Assembly: GCA_964582465.1 (NCBI GenBank)
Contig: CAZOQX010000001.1
Span: forward strand, 89,214-153,213
Length of the DNA: 64,000 nt
DNA from: an uncultured Candidatus Saccharibacteria bacterium
GTDB taxonomy: Bacteria > Patescibacteriota > Saccharimonadia > UBA4664 > CAZOQX01
Direction of reading: 5' to 3'
The position numbers and the translations under genes are program-made. The notes beneath the pieces are model-generated. The model was not told where the DNA came from and made no database searches. It was given only the letters and a program-made list of their open reading frames with translations. Shown here one piece after another: positions 29,050-38,890 of this stretch. How positions within the stretch are numbered: position 1 is the stretch's first letter; each line of letters opens with the position of its first letter.

Positions 29050-30630
29050 CTACCTATAACTGATCGTGACGTTGACGTCTGCCGTGGTGGTAAAGTCGGC
29101 GTAAAGTCCCGTATTAAATTTACTGTTAATAGTAACTGAGAGCGGCATGAAGAAGGTCGTCGTAAAAGCGGTTGAAAATATCTTAGTGCCAGAGTTGGTG
29201 GTGTTATCGTAAATATCCAAGTTTCCAGCGGTGGGAGCGGAGTCGTTACAAGCAAAGGTGATGGTGTGAATGAAGCCGGCACCCGATTTGATGAGTGTAT
29301 CGGCAGTCACCATGTTGTAGCTCATCTGCTGCTCGACCTTCATGACGTCGTTGGTTTGGTCTTCGCCGGCCACCTTAGTGGCTTGGGTGACGTACAGGGC
29401 ACCGTTAGCGTCTACCTGGAAGGGTTCGTAATCGCCGTTAGTGTTGCCAGCCGAAAGGTCGGTAGGGGTGGATTGGCGGATACCCAGTACCATAAAGCCA
29501 GTGTCGCCGGAGGTGTGGGCCGCATCCTCATTCTTGGCTGCGGCCAGACGAATACGACCGGCTGAGTCAACCGCTATCGGCGAATAGTCACCGTCAGTAT
29601 CGGTCAGGGTGATGGCGTTATCATTTCTGACACCCAGGCTCATCACTCCGGTATCACCGGAAACGTGGGGAGCGTCTTCGGCTTTACCGAGATTGGCTGC
29701 ACCAGTGCCGGGGGTAACGGACCCGGTAGCATTAGATTTAATGTTTACATCAAGTGCATTGCTAGTTGAGCCAATGACGTTGCCGGAGCCGTCAACTACC
29801 TGAGTTTTTTGGCTACCATCAGACTGCTTGGCGCTAGTGGAGGCACCGGTGGGGAGCGAAACTGTTCCGGAAACATTATTAACATTCCAAGTGCCTGATT
29901 GCGTAGCAGCAACGGTGCCGTCAACGGTAATTGAGTTGCCGCCATCTTGAATGTTGACGGCGTTAGCTCCAGAGCCATTATTAACCTTTGTTCCTACGTC
30001 AGTCTGGTCGCTGGCAATTACAACTGGTGTTGATCCGGCCATGTTGGCCTGCCCCTTGTCGGGAGTTTTGGTATCGATTGAATCCAGCGAAGTATTGCCA
30101 ACATCTTGCTTAGCTTCGGTAGCGGCTCCACTGGGTAGGTCCACACTAGCATCCACTTGCACTTTGCCGTCTTTAACGGTTCCGGCGAGGGTTCCCAGCT
30201 TGGTGTTGCCGTCGTTTTGCTTTTCTTCCGTCGCAGGGTTAATGCGCCCGCCAGCAGCGTTTTTCAGGCCAACCACACCACTAACTGTGCCACCGGAATC
30301 ACTAGGCTGCCAAGTTGATGTACTAGAATCGTAAGCCAGTACTTGACCGCCGCGGGGAGTAATGTCGGCTAAACTTTGGCCGCGCAAGCTCAAGGCGTCG
30401 CGAGCATTTCTTAAAGCAGCTCGAACCTCGGGTGATAAATCAGATACCGGAACACCATCTGCCGGCTTGGTGTACTTCCGCCGAACGTTACTTTCGACGT
30501 CGACGAGACCCGCTACTCCGATTATACCCAATGCGCCGAGACCAAGCTTGGCTAAGAAATCCTTACGACTGAGTGGTTGGTTGATTTGCTCGGGTAGATC
30601 AGGAAGGTGTTGCGAGAAACTCGGTTCCAT
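29050..30630 (-). CDS. Putative Tat-targeted anchor/structural protein (526 aa)
   Basis: LSRKDFLAK motif followed by hydrophobic LGLGALGIIGVAGLV; internal repeats (AT.EKQ/ATEAKQ/STSAKQ; two K.EDA.H.SGDTG.M.LG.R units). Confidence 0.8.
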   Translation of the reverse strand: MEPSFSQHLPDLPEQINQPLSRKDFLAKLGLGALGIIGVAGLVDVESNVRRKYTKPADGVPVSDLSPEVRAALRNARDALSLRGQSLADITPRGGQVLAYDSSTSTWQPSDSGGTVSGVVGLKNAAGGRINPATEEKQNDGNTKLGTLAGTVKDGKVQVDASVDLPSGAATEAKQDVGNTSLDSIDTKTPDKGQANMAGSTPVVIASDQTDVGTKVNNGSGANAVNIQDGGNSITVDGTVAATQSGTWNVNNVSGTVSLPTGASTSAKQSDGSQKTQVVDGSGNVIGSTSNALDVNIKSNATGSVTPGTGAANLGKAEDAPHVSGDTGVMSLGVRNDNAITLTDTDGDYSPIAVDSAGRIRLAAAKNEDAAHTSGDTGFMVLGIRQSTPTDLSAGNTNGDYEPFQVDANGALYVTQATKVAGEDQTNDVMKVEQQMSYNMVTADTLIKSGAGFIHTITFACNDSAPTAGNLDIYDNTTNSGTKIFSTAFTTTFFMPLSVTINSKFNTGLYADFTTTADVNVTISYR

Positions 30631-30761
30631 TAAACCCCACGCTTAATGCTTACGTTAAGTATAAAAGTTTTTATGCTTATAATGCAAATCTTTTTGCCTA
30701 GCCGTAAGCATTTGGTGTTGAAGGTTTTGCCTAATATTTTTTGACTAGCTATGCTAGAGCC

Positions 30762-32543
30762 ATGGATCAATCCAAAATCAGAAACTTTTGCATCATTGCT
30801 CACATCGATCACGGCAAATCGACCCTGGCTGATCGCATGCTGGAGCTTACGGGCACGGTGGCCGCGCGCGACATGCATGCCCAGCTGCTTGATACGATGG
30901 AGTTGGAGCAAGAAAAGGGCATTACGATTAAACTTCAACCGGTCCAGATGGACTGGCAGGGGCACACGCTGAATCTCATTGATACGCCGGGCCACGTGGA
31001 TTTTAGTTATGAGGTGTCGCGTTCGCTGGCAGCGGTCGAGGGGGCGATTCTGGTGGTGGATGCGGCGCAGGGCATACAGGCACAGACCCTCGCCAACGTT
31101 TATTTGGCCATTGACGCTGGGCTTACTATTATTCCGGTGGTAAATAAAATCGATTTGCCAGCGGCGGAACCGGACAAGGTTACGACCGAAATTTGCCGCT
31201 TGCTGGACTGTCGTCCGGAGGAGGTTCTACGAGTTTCTGCGAAACAAGGCACCGGCGTCGAGGCACTGCTTGACCGCGTAGTCGCCAAAGTCCCGGCGCC
31301 TAAAGGAAATCCAGATTCGCCTCTAAAAGCGTTAGTATTTGATTCGATTTATGATGATTATCGCGGCGTTATTTCATACCTGCGGCTCGTGGACGGGAGT
31401 TTGAAAGGCAACCAGATCATTCGCCTGATGGTCAGTGGCGCGGAGGGCCTGGCCGGAGAAGTCGGCGTGTTTAAGCCCAAAATGACACCGGCCCCAAGTC
31501 TGAGTGCCGGAGACATTGGTTACGTCGTCACCAACCTAAGATCGGTCAGTCAGGCGCGGGTGGGTGACACGGTAACGCTCGCGCCAGCTCCTGCCGCCGA
31601 GCCGCTGCCGGGGTACCAAGCCGTAAAGCCGTTTGTCTACGCCGGCTTTTTTGCGAGCTCTGGCGATCAGTATCCCTTGCTCAAAGATGCCTTGAGTAAG
31701 CTAGCGCTGAACGATGCCGCCCTATCTTACACCCAAGAGAACTCGCAAATTTTGGGTTTTGGCTTCCGAGTGGGCTTTTTAGGTCTGCTGCATCTGGAAA
31801 TCATTAAAGAGCGGCTGGAACGGGAATACAGTTTGGATTTGGTAGTGACCAATCCTTCGACCGACTATGAAGTAAGAACCACTGATGGCGGCAAGCTCAA
31901 GATTAAATCGGCGGCCGAGTTACCCGACCCCAGTACGATTGCGGAAATTCTCGAGCCTTGGATTACCGGCGAAATCGTGGTGCCGAGCCAGTACGTCGGC
32001 GCCGTGATTCAGCTGGTGACCGGCATTCGTGGGCGGCAAAAGGATTTGAGCTATTTTGATGACACCTTGGCACTGATTAAATTTGAAGCCCCGCTCGCTA
32101 ATGTTTTGACGGATTTTTATGATGCTCTGAAAAGTACCACTAGTGGTTACGGTTCATTTAGTTACGATCTAGCCGACTACCGTCCAGAGAAACTCGTGCG
32201 ACTGGATACCCTGGTGGCTGGCCAACTAATTGATAGTTTGAGTCGGATTGTGCATGCCGAGGAGGCTTACCGCGTGGGCCAGCGCACACTCGATACACTC
32301 AAAGAAGTCATTCCGCGCCAACTATTTGAGGTAACCTTGCAAGCGGCCATTGGCGGTAAGATTATTGCTCGGGAAGATATTAAACCGCTGGGCAAAAATG
32401 TCACGGCAAAACTCTACGGCGGCGACGTAACCCGCAAGCGCAAGTTGCTGGAGAAGCAAAAGGCTGGTAAAAAGCGCATGAAGCGGGTTGGCAAAATCGA
32501 TATTCCCAACGAAGCCTTCATGGTGCTGGTGAGGAAAGATTGA
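30762..32543 (+). CDS. lepA: Elongation factor 4 (LepA)
   Basis: IRNFCIIAHIDHGKSTLADR, DTPGHVDF, YGGDVTRKRKLLEKQK. Confidence 0.98.
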   Translation: MDQSKIRNFCIIAHIDHGKSTLADRMLELTGTVAARDMHAQLLDTMELEQEKGITIKLQPVQMDWQGHTLNLIDTPGHVDFSYEVSRSLAAVEGAILVVDAAQGIQAQTLANVYLAIDAGLTIIPVVNKIDLPAAEPDKVTTEICRLLDCRPEEVLRVSAKQGTGVEALLDRVVAKVPAPKGNPDSPLKALVFDSIYDDYRGVISYLRLVDGSLKGNQIIRLMVSGAEGLAGEVGVFKPKMTPAPSLSAGDIGYVVTNLRSVSQARVGDTVTLAPAPAAEPLPGYQAVKPFVYAGFFASSGDQYPLLKDALSKLALNDAALSYTQENSQILGFGFRVGFLGLLHLEIIKERLEREYSLDLVVTNPSTDYEVRTTDGGKLKIKSAAELPDPSTIAEILEPWITGEIVVPSQYVGAVIQLVTGIRGRQKDLSYFDDTLALIKFEAPLANVLTDFYDALKSTTSGYGSFSYDLADYRPEKLVRLDTLVAGQLIDSLSRIVHAEEAYRVGQRTLDTLKEVIPRQLFEVTLQAAIGGKIIAREDIKPLGKNVTAKLYGGDVTRKRKLLEKQKAGKKRMKRVGKIDIPNEAFMVLVRKD

Positions 32544-33250
32544 TAAGGGCGGCGGATGTGCAGGCTGAGCTGCGGAAGCTGGCGCGTCCGGAGACAGCTG
32601 AGTTTGCTGCACGATTTTTTAAAACAGGCCCCGGACAGTATGGTGAAGGCGATCAATTCCTCGGTCTGAAGGTGCCGGAGCAACGCGCGGTGGCTCGAAA
32701 GTTCAAAGACTTGAGTTTGGCCGAATGTGAAAAGTTGCTGCAGAGTCCGGTACATGAAGACAGATTAACGAGCCTTTTAATATTGGTGGGCCAGTTTAAA
32801 AGAGGCGACCAGAAAGCTCATCAGCAAATTTACGAAATTTATCTGGCAAACACAGACTGGGTGAACAACTGGGACTTAGTTGATAGTTCGGCCGGGTACA
32901 TCGTGGGTAGCTATCTGGAGCACCGCGATCGGTCGGTGCTGGAACGTTTGGCCCGGTCCGATAGCTTGTGGGAGCGACGGGTTGCGATTATTGCGACCTT
33001 TTACTTCATTATGCAAGGCGATTCGGAATGGACATTCAAAATTGCGACAATTCTGCTGCGCGACCAAGAGGACCTAATCCACAAAGCCGTTGGTTGGATG
33101 CTGCGCGAAGTGGGGAAGCGCTGTTCGCGGCAGGTTGAAGAGGAATTTTTGCGAGCGCACTACAAGCAGATGCCACGCACCATGCTCAGGTACTCAATTG
33201 AGCACTTTTCTCCAACCGAACGCCAGGCCTACCTAGCCGGCACGGTTTAG
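32540..33250 (+). CDS. DNA alkylation repair protein (AlkD-like)
   Basis: FFKTGPGQYGEGD, NNWDLVD, HKAVGWMLRE, MPRTMLRY motifs. Confidence 0.9.
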   Translation: MIRAADVQAELRKLARPETAEFAARFFKTGPGQYGEGDQFLGLKVPEQRAVARKFKDLSLAECEKLLQSPVHEDRLTSLLILVGQFKRGDQKAHQQIYEIYLANTDWVNNWDLVDSSAGYIVGSYLEHRDRSVLERLARSDSLWERRVAIIATFYFIMQGDSEWTFKIATILLRDQEDLIHKAVGWMLREVGKRCSRQVEEEFLRAHYKQMPRTMLRYSIEHFSPTERQAYLAGTV

Positions 33251-33260
33251 GCCAGTCGCG

Positions 33261-33287
33261 TTAGCACTCTTGACTAGTGAGTGCTAA
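33261..33287. promoter_or_regulatory. CIRCE element (perfect), overlapping the -35 box
   Basis: TTAGCACTC-N9-GAGTGCTAA; TTGACT (33270)-17-TAGTAT promoter. Confidence 0.97.
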
Positions 33288-33305
33288 TTTAATAGTATCT
33301 GTTTA

Positions 33306-33332
33306 TTAGCACTGAAAGGGTGAAAGTGCCAA
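33306..33332. promoter_or_regulatory. Second, degenerate CIRCE abutting the hrcA start
   Basis: TTAGCACTG-N9-AAGTGCCAA. Confidence 0.8.
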
Positions 33333-34036
33333 TGTCGCCCAGACAAGAGCAAATTTTAAGGACCATCGTTGAAACCTATTCGGCCACAGCCGAACCAGTG
33401 AGCTCGCAGTTTCTCAGCGAGCGCTTTAACGTGTCTTCGGCTACGGTTCGCAACGACATGGCCGTGCTGGAGCGAGGTGATTATATTACTCACCAGCATA
33501 CATCGGCCGGGCGCATCCCTACGGAGCGAGCTTACCGCTGGTATGTGAACCATTTGAATCAAGATCAGACTACTCCCCAAGCTGGCCACGCCGCTCAAGC
33601 GATCGAGCGCCGCATTCGCGATATTGATGTGGCCGAAGAGGCAATTAAAGAGGCCACGGAATCGCTTTCGAAGGTCACAGGTAACCTGGCCGTCGCCACG
33701 CTGCCCGGGCAAGTTTACCGCTACGGCCTGTCGAATTTAATGAGTCAGCCCGAGTTTATGAGTTTTCAGCGTTTGCACGAAATGGCGCGGATTGTTGATT
33801 ACCTAGACGACTGGATGGGCGACCTGGAGTTAACGAGCCCGATCGATGTTTTGATTGGCCGCGACAACCCGCTGGGCAAACTCAGTAATACCAGCGCCAT
33901 CATCGCGCAGTTCCGCTCGCCCTTCAGTGAGCAGAGCTACATTGGCCTAATTGGTCCGGTGCGCCAGAATTATCCCTACGTGATGCATTTAGTCGAGCAC
34001 GTTGGCCGAGCTCTGGAGGAGGCGATCAATGAGTGA
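33332..34036 (+). CDS. hrcA: Heat-inducible transcription repressor HrcA (short form)
   Basis: RQ..IL..IV..Y....EPVSS, SSATVRNDM..LE, HTSAGRIPT; CIRCE upstream. Confidence 0.95.
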   Translation: MSPRQEQILRTIVETYSATAEPVSSQFLSERFNVSSATVRNDMAVLERGDYITHQHTSAGRIPTERAYRWYVNHLNQDQTTPQAGHAAQAIERRIRDIDVAEEAIKEATESLSKVTGNLAVATLPGQVYRYGLSNLMSQPEFMSFQRLHEMARIVDYLDDWMGDLELTSPIDVLIGRDNPLGKLSNTSAIIAQFRSPFSEQSYIGLIGPVRQNYPYVMHLVEHVGRALEEAINE

Positions 34037-34514
34037 AAATAAACTAACTCCGGCCGAGCTCGAACAATCCAACCGCGAGCTGAGTGAAAAGCTCGACGAG
34101 GTAGCGAACTTCCTACAGCGTGAGCGGGCTGATTTTCTCAACTTTCGCCGCCGTAGTGAGGAAGAGCGCGCCGAAATATCCAACCTGGTTAAACAAGAAT
34201 TGGTGTTAACACTTCTGCCCTTGTTGGATAATTTGAGCCGGGCCGCTTCACACTTGCCGCCGGGCTTAGCCGAGGACAATTGGGCCAAGGGCGTGGTGCA
34301 GATCGGCCGTCAGGCTGAGGCAGTGCTAGAGGATTTGGGCGTGACAAAAATCGAGACGTTGGGCCAGCCCTTCGACCCCGCCGTGCACGAGGCTTTAAGC
34401 AGCGATGGCACAGGCGACCAAGTGGTAGAAGAGCTTGCCCCGGGTTACCAGGTGGGCGAGACGGTCCTTAGACCGGCAATGGTAAAAGTAGGCAAAAGAA
34501 AGGGAGAAAAATAA
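34029..34514 (+). CDS. grpE: Nucleotide exchange factor GrpE
   Basis: RADF.NFRRR, FDP..HEA, GY.....LRPAMVKV. Confidence 0.95.
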   Translation: MSENKLTPAELEQSNRELSEKLDEVANFLQRERADFLNFRRRSEEERAEISNLVKQELVLTLLPLLDNLSRAASHLPPGLAEDNWAKGVVQIGRQAEAVLEDLGVTKIETLGQPFDPAVHEALSSDGTGDQVVEELAPGYQVGETVLRPAMVKVGKRKGEK

Positions 34515-36421
34515 TGGCAAAAATTATTGGAATTGATCTAGGTACAACTAACTCGGCCATGGCGGCGATGGAAGGTGGTCAGCCGACTATCATTCCGAAC
34601 GCCGAGGGCGGCCGCACCACGCCTAGTGTGGTAGCGATCGGTAAGAACGCTGAACGTCTAGTGGGGCAGTTAGCCAAGCGCCAGGCCATCATTAATAGTG
34701 AGAACACGATTTTCTCAATTAAGCGTTTGATCGGCCGCCGGTTTGAAGACGAAGAAGTCCAGCGCGATATTAAGCTGATGCCCTACAAGATCGAAAAGGC
34801 GGGTGAGAGTGTGAAAGTCAAAATGGGCGATAAGTCCTACACCGCCGAAGAGGTTTCGGCCATGATCTTGGGTAAGCTCAAGGCCGATGCCGAGGCTTAC
34901 CTGGGCCAGCCTGTGACCGAGGCGGTAATTACTGTACCGGCTTACTTCAACGATGCGCAGCGCCAGGCCACTAAGGACGCCGGTAAAATCGCCGGGCTTG
35001 ATGTCAAGCGCATTATTAATGAGCCAACCGCCGCCGCCCTAGCCTATGGGCTCGATAAAAAGAAGGAAGAAAAGATTGCCGTCTATGACCTCGGTGGCGG
35101 TACCTTTGACGTCTCGATTTTGGAATTAGGTGAAGGAGTGTTTGAGGTCAAAAGCACCAATGGTGATACTCATCTGGGTGGTGACGACTTTGACCTTGCA
35201 GTGATGAACTTCCTGGTGGATGAGTATAAGAAGGAGCAGGGAATCGATTTGGCCAAGGACAAGGCAGCCCTGCAGCGCTTGAAGGAAGCAGCCGAGAAGG
35301 CCAAGATTGAACTGTCCTCGACTAACGAGACCGAGATAAATTTGCCGTTCATTACGGCTGACGCTTCGGGCCCCAAACACTTTAGCTACACTTTGAGCCG
35401 GGCCAAGCTCGAAACGTTGGTGGGAGACTTAATTGAAAAAACTACTAAGCCCTGCCAGGACGCGCTAAAAGATGCCGGGCTGAAAGCGAGCGATGTCAAT
35501 GAGATCATTCTAGTTGGTGGTATGACCCGCATGCCGGCCGTGCAAGCGAAGGTCAAAGCGATTTTTGGCCGCGAACCACTCAAGGGCGTGAATCCTGATG
35601 AGGTCGTGGCCGTCGGCGCCGCCATCCAAGCCGGCGTGCTCGGCGGTGAGGTTAAAGACATCCTCCTGCTGGATGTCACTCCTCTGTCCCTTGGCATCGA
35701 AACTATGGGTGGCGTAAACACCAAGCTAATTGAGCGCAATACCACTGTGCCAACCTCCAAGAGCCAAATTTTCTCAACTGCGGCCGATAGCCAGACCTCG
35801 GTTGAAGTGCATGTGCTCCAGGGTGAGCGCGAGTTTGCGAGTGACAACAAGAGCTTAGGTCGCTTCATTCTGGATGGTATTCCGCCCGCTCCGCGCGGTG
35901 TGCCGCAAATTGAGGTCACCTTCGACATTGATGCAAATGGCATCTTGAACGTTAAGGCCGCGGACAAGGCCACCGGTAAGGAGCAGCACATTACGATTCA
36001 GGGTAGCGGTAACTTGAGCGAGGATGAAATCAAGAAAGCTCAGGCCGAGGCCGAGACCAACGCTGAAGAGGACAAAAAGAAGAAAGATTTGGTGGAGGCG
36101 CGCAATCAGCTCGATACGCTCATTTACACGGGCGAAAAGACTTTGAAAGATGCCGGCGACAAAGTTAGCGCCGAAGTCAAGAAAGAAGTCGAGGACGCCC
36201 TGGCCGAGGCTCGTAGCAAGAAAGATTCCGATAATACCGAAGAGCTAAAACAAGCCGCCGAGTCTTTGAGTAGCAAATTGCAACAGGTCGGTGCGGCCAT
36301 GTACAGTCAGGGCGATCAAGCTGCTCCGGCTGAGGGGGGGAGTGAAGCGCCAAAAACTGATGAGCCGGTTGAGGGCGAGGTGGTGGACGAACCAACATCC
36401 GAGACTGACGAGGAGAAATAG
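34514..36421 (+). CDS. dnaK: Chaperone DnaK
   Basis: [35 protein letters not shown]. Confidence 0.99.
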   Translation: MAKIIGIDLGTTNSAMAAMEGGQPTIIPNAEGGRTTPSVVAIGKNAERLVGQLAKRQAIINSENTIFSIKRLIGRRFEDEEVQRDIKLMPYKIEKAGESVKVKMGDKSYTAEEVSAMILGKLKADAEAYLGQPVTEAVITVPAYFNDAQRQATKDAGKIAGLDVKRIINEPTAAALAYGLDKKKEEKIAVYDLGGGTFDVSILELGEGVFEVKSTNGDTHLGGDDFDLAVMNFLVDEYKKEQGIDLAKDKAALQRLKEAAEKAKIELSSTNETEINLPFITADASGPKHFSYTLSRAKLETLVGDLIEKTTKPCQDALKDAGLKASDVNEIILVGGMTRMPAVQAKVKAIFGREPLKGVNPDEVVAVGAAIQAGVLGGEVKDILLLDVTPLSLGIETMGGVNTKLIERNTTVPTSKSQIFSTAADSQTSVEVHVLQGEREFASDNKSLGRFILDGIPPAPRGVPQIEVTFDIDANGILNVKAADKATGKEQHITIQGSGNLSEDEIKKAQAEAETNAEEDKKKKDLVEARNQLDTLIYTGEKTLKDAGDKVSAEVKKEVEDALAEARSKKDSDNTEELKQAAESLSSKLQQVGAAMYSQGDQAAPAEGGSEAPKTDEPVEGEVVDEPTSETDEEK

Positions 36422-36423
36422 AC

Positions 36424-36753
36424 TTGGCCAGGCAATACGCCTTGCTGGTTTTGACCTGCGCCGACAAAGCTGAGGCTAGCAAAATCACCTCAGCTTTGCT
36501 CGACGCCCGACTCATTGCCTGTGCCAAAGTGGCGCCGGTTGACTCCATTTTTTGGTGGAAGGGTGAACAGGAGCAGGCGAGCGAAGTTCTGCTTATAATG
36601 GAAAGCGCCGAAGATCTTTTTACCCAAGTCGAGCTCGTAGTGAAATCGCTCCATAGTTACGATACCTTTGTGCTCGAGGCCATTCCCCTCTCGCGCCTGT
36701 CGTCTGGGGCGGCCGACTGGCTGAAGGATAATCTTAAAACCGAGAGTGACTGA
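36424..36753 (+). CDS. cutA: Divalent-cation tolerance protein CutA
   Basis: L.AC, S.FWWKG, H.YD motifs. Confidence 0.85.
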   Translation: MARQYALLVLTCADKAEASKITSALLDARLIACAKVAPVDSIFWWKGEQEQASEVLLIMESAEDLFTQVELVVKSLHSYDTFVLEAIPLSRLSSGAADWLKDNLKTESD

Positions 36754-37829
36754 TGCCCAAAGATTACTATCAAATTCTAGGCGTCGCGAAAACGGCGTCG
36801 GCGGAAGAGATTAAAAAGGCTTACCGCAAGCTCGCGCTGGAACACCATCCCGATCGTGGCAACGGCGACGACAAAAGATTCAAAGAGATTAACGAAGCCT
36901 ACGAAGTGCTAAAGGACCCGCAAAAACGGGCGCAGTATGATCAATTTGGCTCAGTCGGCCCGAATCCGTTTGGCGGCGGTACTCAAGGCTTTGGCGGCCA
37001 GGGATTTGATTTTGATTTTTCGCAATTCGGTGGTTTCGGCGACATTTTTGACATGTTTACCGGGGGCGCCGGGCAGCGCACCAGAGCGCCACGGGGCCGC
37101 GATATTGAAGTTGCACTCACGCTCGACTTTAAAGAGGCTGTCTTTGGCGCCGACAAGCGCCTTGATTTAACTCTGGAAGATCAATGCGATCGTTGCCATG
37201 GCGCGGGCGCAGAACCCGGCACTAAACTCAAAGAATGCCCGACTTGCAAGGGCAGTGGGCAAGTGACCAAAATCCAAAATACCATTTTGGGCAGTCTGCG
37301 CCAGACGGCGGGGTGCAGTACTTGCCGCGGTCGTGGCCAGGTGCCTGAGCAGCCGTGCACGCAGTGTCAGGGCAAGGGTACGCTGCGCCAATCCAAGACT
37401 GTGAGTATTAAGATCCCGGCCGGCGTGGACCACGGTACGGTCGTGCGTCTCGGCGGTCAGGGTGAGGCCGTGAGTGGTGGGCCGCACGGTGATTTGTATG
37501 TGCACATCGAAGTGAAGCCGCATCGGCAGTTTAAGCGTGAGGGGGGAAATATCTTGAGCGAGACGGCAGTTTCTATGCCAGAGGCGGCGCTTGGCGTAGA
37601 AATTAAAGTGCCAACACTTGAGCGCGAAGTCACACTCAAAGTTCCAGCCGGCACCCAGAGCGGGCAGGTTTTTAAACTCGCCGGCTACGGCGTGCCCACG
37701 GGTAACCGCCGTGGTGATCAATTAGTAAAAGTTCGTGTCGAGACGCCTACCAAGCTTTCGCCGGAGCAAAAAGAATTATTACAAAAACTGGCCGCAACCA
37801 CCGACCGCAAGCATTTTTGGCAAAAGTAG
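36753..37829 (+). CDS. dnaJ: Chaperone DnaJ
   Basis: J domain with HPD, G/F region, four CxxCxGxG repeats. Confidence 0.98.
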   Translation: MPKDYYQILGVAKTASAEEIKKAYRKLALEHHPDRGNGDDKRFKEINEAYEVLKDPQKRAQYDQFGSVGPNPFGGGTQGFGGQGFDFDFSQFGGFGDIFDMFTGGAGQRTRAPRGRDIEVALTLDFKEAVFGADKRLDLTLEDQCDRCHGAGAEPGTKLKECPTCKGSGQVTKIQNTILGSLRQTAGCSTCRGRGQVPEQPCTQCQGKGTLRQSKTVSIKIPAGVDHGTVVRLGGQGEAVSGGPHGDLYVHIEVKPHRQFKREGGNILSETAVSMPEAALGVEIKVPTLEREVTLKVPAGTQSGQVFKLAGYGVPTGNRRGDQLVKVRVETPTKLSPEQKELLQKLAATTDRKHFWQK

Positions 37830-37845
37830 CTGGTACAATCAAAGC

Positions 37846-38334
37846 ATGGAAGGACACGGAGAAGAACCACAGGATTCAACTGAGCATCCTGATTTAGCCG
37901 ATATTCGCCACGAGTATGGCTACATGGAAGAGGAGCTGGAGGCTTCGGCAAGGGAGACTAAGTTAGCTGCTGCGGCTGAAATAGTCGAGTCGCTTAAGGA
38001 TCTGCCCGAAGAGCTTGGTTTTGCTGAGGGACCGAGTTTGGACGCTCTTAGAGCAAGGGTTGTGGAGATAGGTCGGGTAGGCGGGGAAGTGGCCAAACTA
38101 GCCGAAGCCTATCGCATTCAGGCTGAGATTGAAGTGGGCAAGCTAGTCGGTGATGCTTACCTGCGGGCTCAAATTGGTTTTGCCGTCAGGATGGCACTAA
38201 TTTGGCAAGCGGCCGGGGAATTGGACCTCTTTGCCGAAGACTTAAGTGATGCCTATTTTTATGCTTATAACGCTAGGCTCGATGAGGTGGCCGTGCTGTT
38301 AGAGCAGGCCATTCAGCTTTATAACGAGGCCTAA
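37846..38334 (+). CDS. Hypothetical acidic helical protein
   Basis: ORF; ATG at 37846 lies 6 nt after TACAAT. Confidence 0.65.
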   Translation: MEGHGEEPQDSTEHPDLADIRHEYGYMEEELEASARETKLAAAAEIVESLKDLPEELGFAEGPSLDALRARVVEIGRVGGEVAKLAEAYRIQAEIEVGKLVGDAYLRAQIGFAVRMALIWQAAGELDLFAEDLSDAYFYAYNARLDEVAVLLEQAIQLYNEA

Positions 38335-38390
38335 AGTTTGCAAAAATCAGATCACAAGTGTAACTTTTAAGCACGAACATTGAAATGTGA

Positions 38391-38459
38391 TCAAGGGGGC
38401 TTGCAGGGCCAAACGAGTATCGTTCGGCCCGGTTTTCGTTTGGCTTTGCAAGCGCTTGA
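38391..38459 (+). other. Long 5' leader hairpin
   Basis: GCTTGCAGGGCCAAACGA pairs with TCGTTTGGCTTTGCAAGC (with G-U pairs), closed by TCAAG/CTTGA, directly before a GGAGG RBS. Confidence 0.7.
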
Positions 38460-38471
38460 CTGGAGGCTACC

Positions 38472-38645
38472 GTGGCACTAAGTAGCACTTTGTATGTACG
38501 GCTGCCAGACGATCTGTACAACAGACTCAAGTCCCACTGCGACAAGGATGATCGGTCTCTGGCCAGCGCCACACGCAGGGCCGTGAGGGAGTATCTCGAC
38601 CGACATGAGGAGAGGGAGGAACGACGAGATGGCCAAGCGGTATGA
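38472..38645 (+). CDS. Ribbon-helix-helix (Arc/CopG-like) DNA-binding protein, 57 aa
   Basis: Manual translation, absent from ORF track: MALSSTLYVRLPDDLYNRLKSHCDKDDRSLASATRRAVREYL...; GGAGG RBS, GTG start. Confidence 0.8.
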   Translation: MALSSTLYVRLPDDLYNRLKSHCDKDDRSLASATRRAVREYLDRHEEREERRDGQAV

Positions 38646-38880
38646 CGAAGAGATCGCCGTGGAGGTCGCCACCACCGGGGGTATCCCTGCTTCGTTCAAA
38701 TGGCGGGGGCGGACCTACCAAGTGGTCGATGTAATCGGCCGCTGGCGGATCGAAGGCAGGTGGTGGGATGATGGTCGCGATCGCGAGTACTGGCGGGTGG
38801 AAGCCCGCGGCGGGGCGGTCTGGGATCTCTACCTCGACCGTACCACCAATGTTTGGACGCTCGAGCGGCTCTGGGACTAG
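38629..38880 (+). CDS. DUF6504-like protein
   Basis: P..F.WRGR.Y.V..V...W.....WW...REYWRV...DLY...W.L.R.WD pattern; GGAGG RBS. Confidence 0.75.
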   Translation: MAKRYDEEIAVEVATTGGIPASFKWRGRTYQVVDVIGRWRIEGRWWDDGRDREYWRVEARGGAVWDLYLDRTTNVWTLERLWD

Positions 38881-38890
38881 GGAGGTTCGA

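Noticed and set aside
29000-29052. Frameshift or readthrough fusing the leader protein to the RAGAS mini-tail
   Set aside because: The tail is in another frame that has its own TAG just upstream, and no slippery site is evident.
12974-30630. Intact prophage or diversity-generating retroelement
   Set aside because: No integrase, terminase, capsid, portal or reverse transcriptase; similarity between paralog ends is not adenine-specific by eye.
30630-30995. 121-aa minus-strand ORF upstream of the leader gene
   Set aside because: Antisense to the lepA 5' end and spans the AT-rich promoter region.
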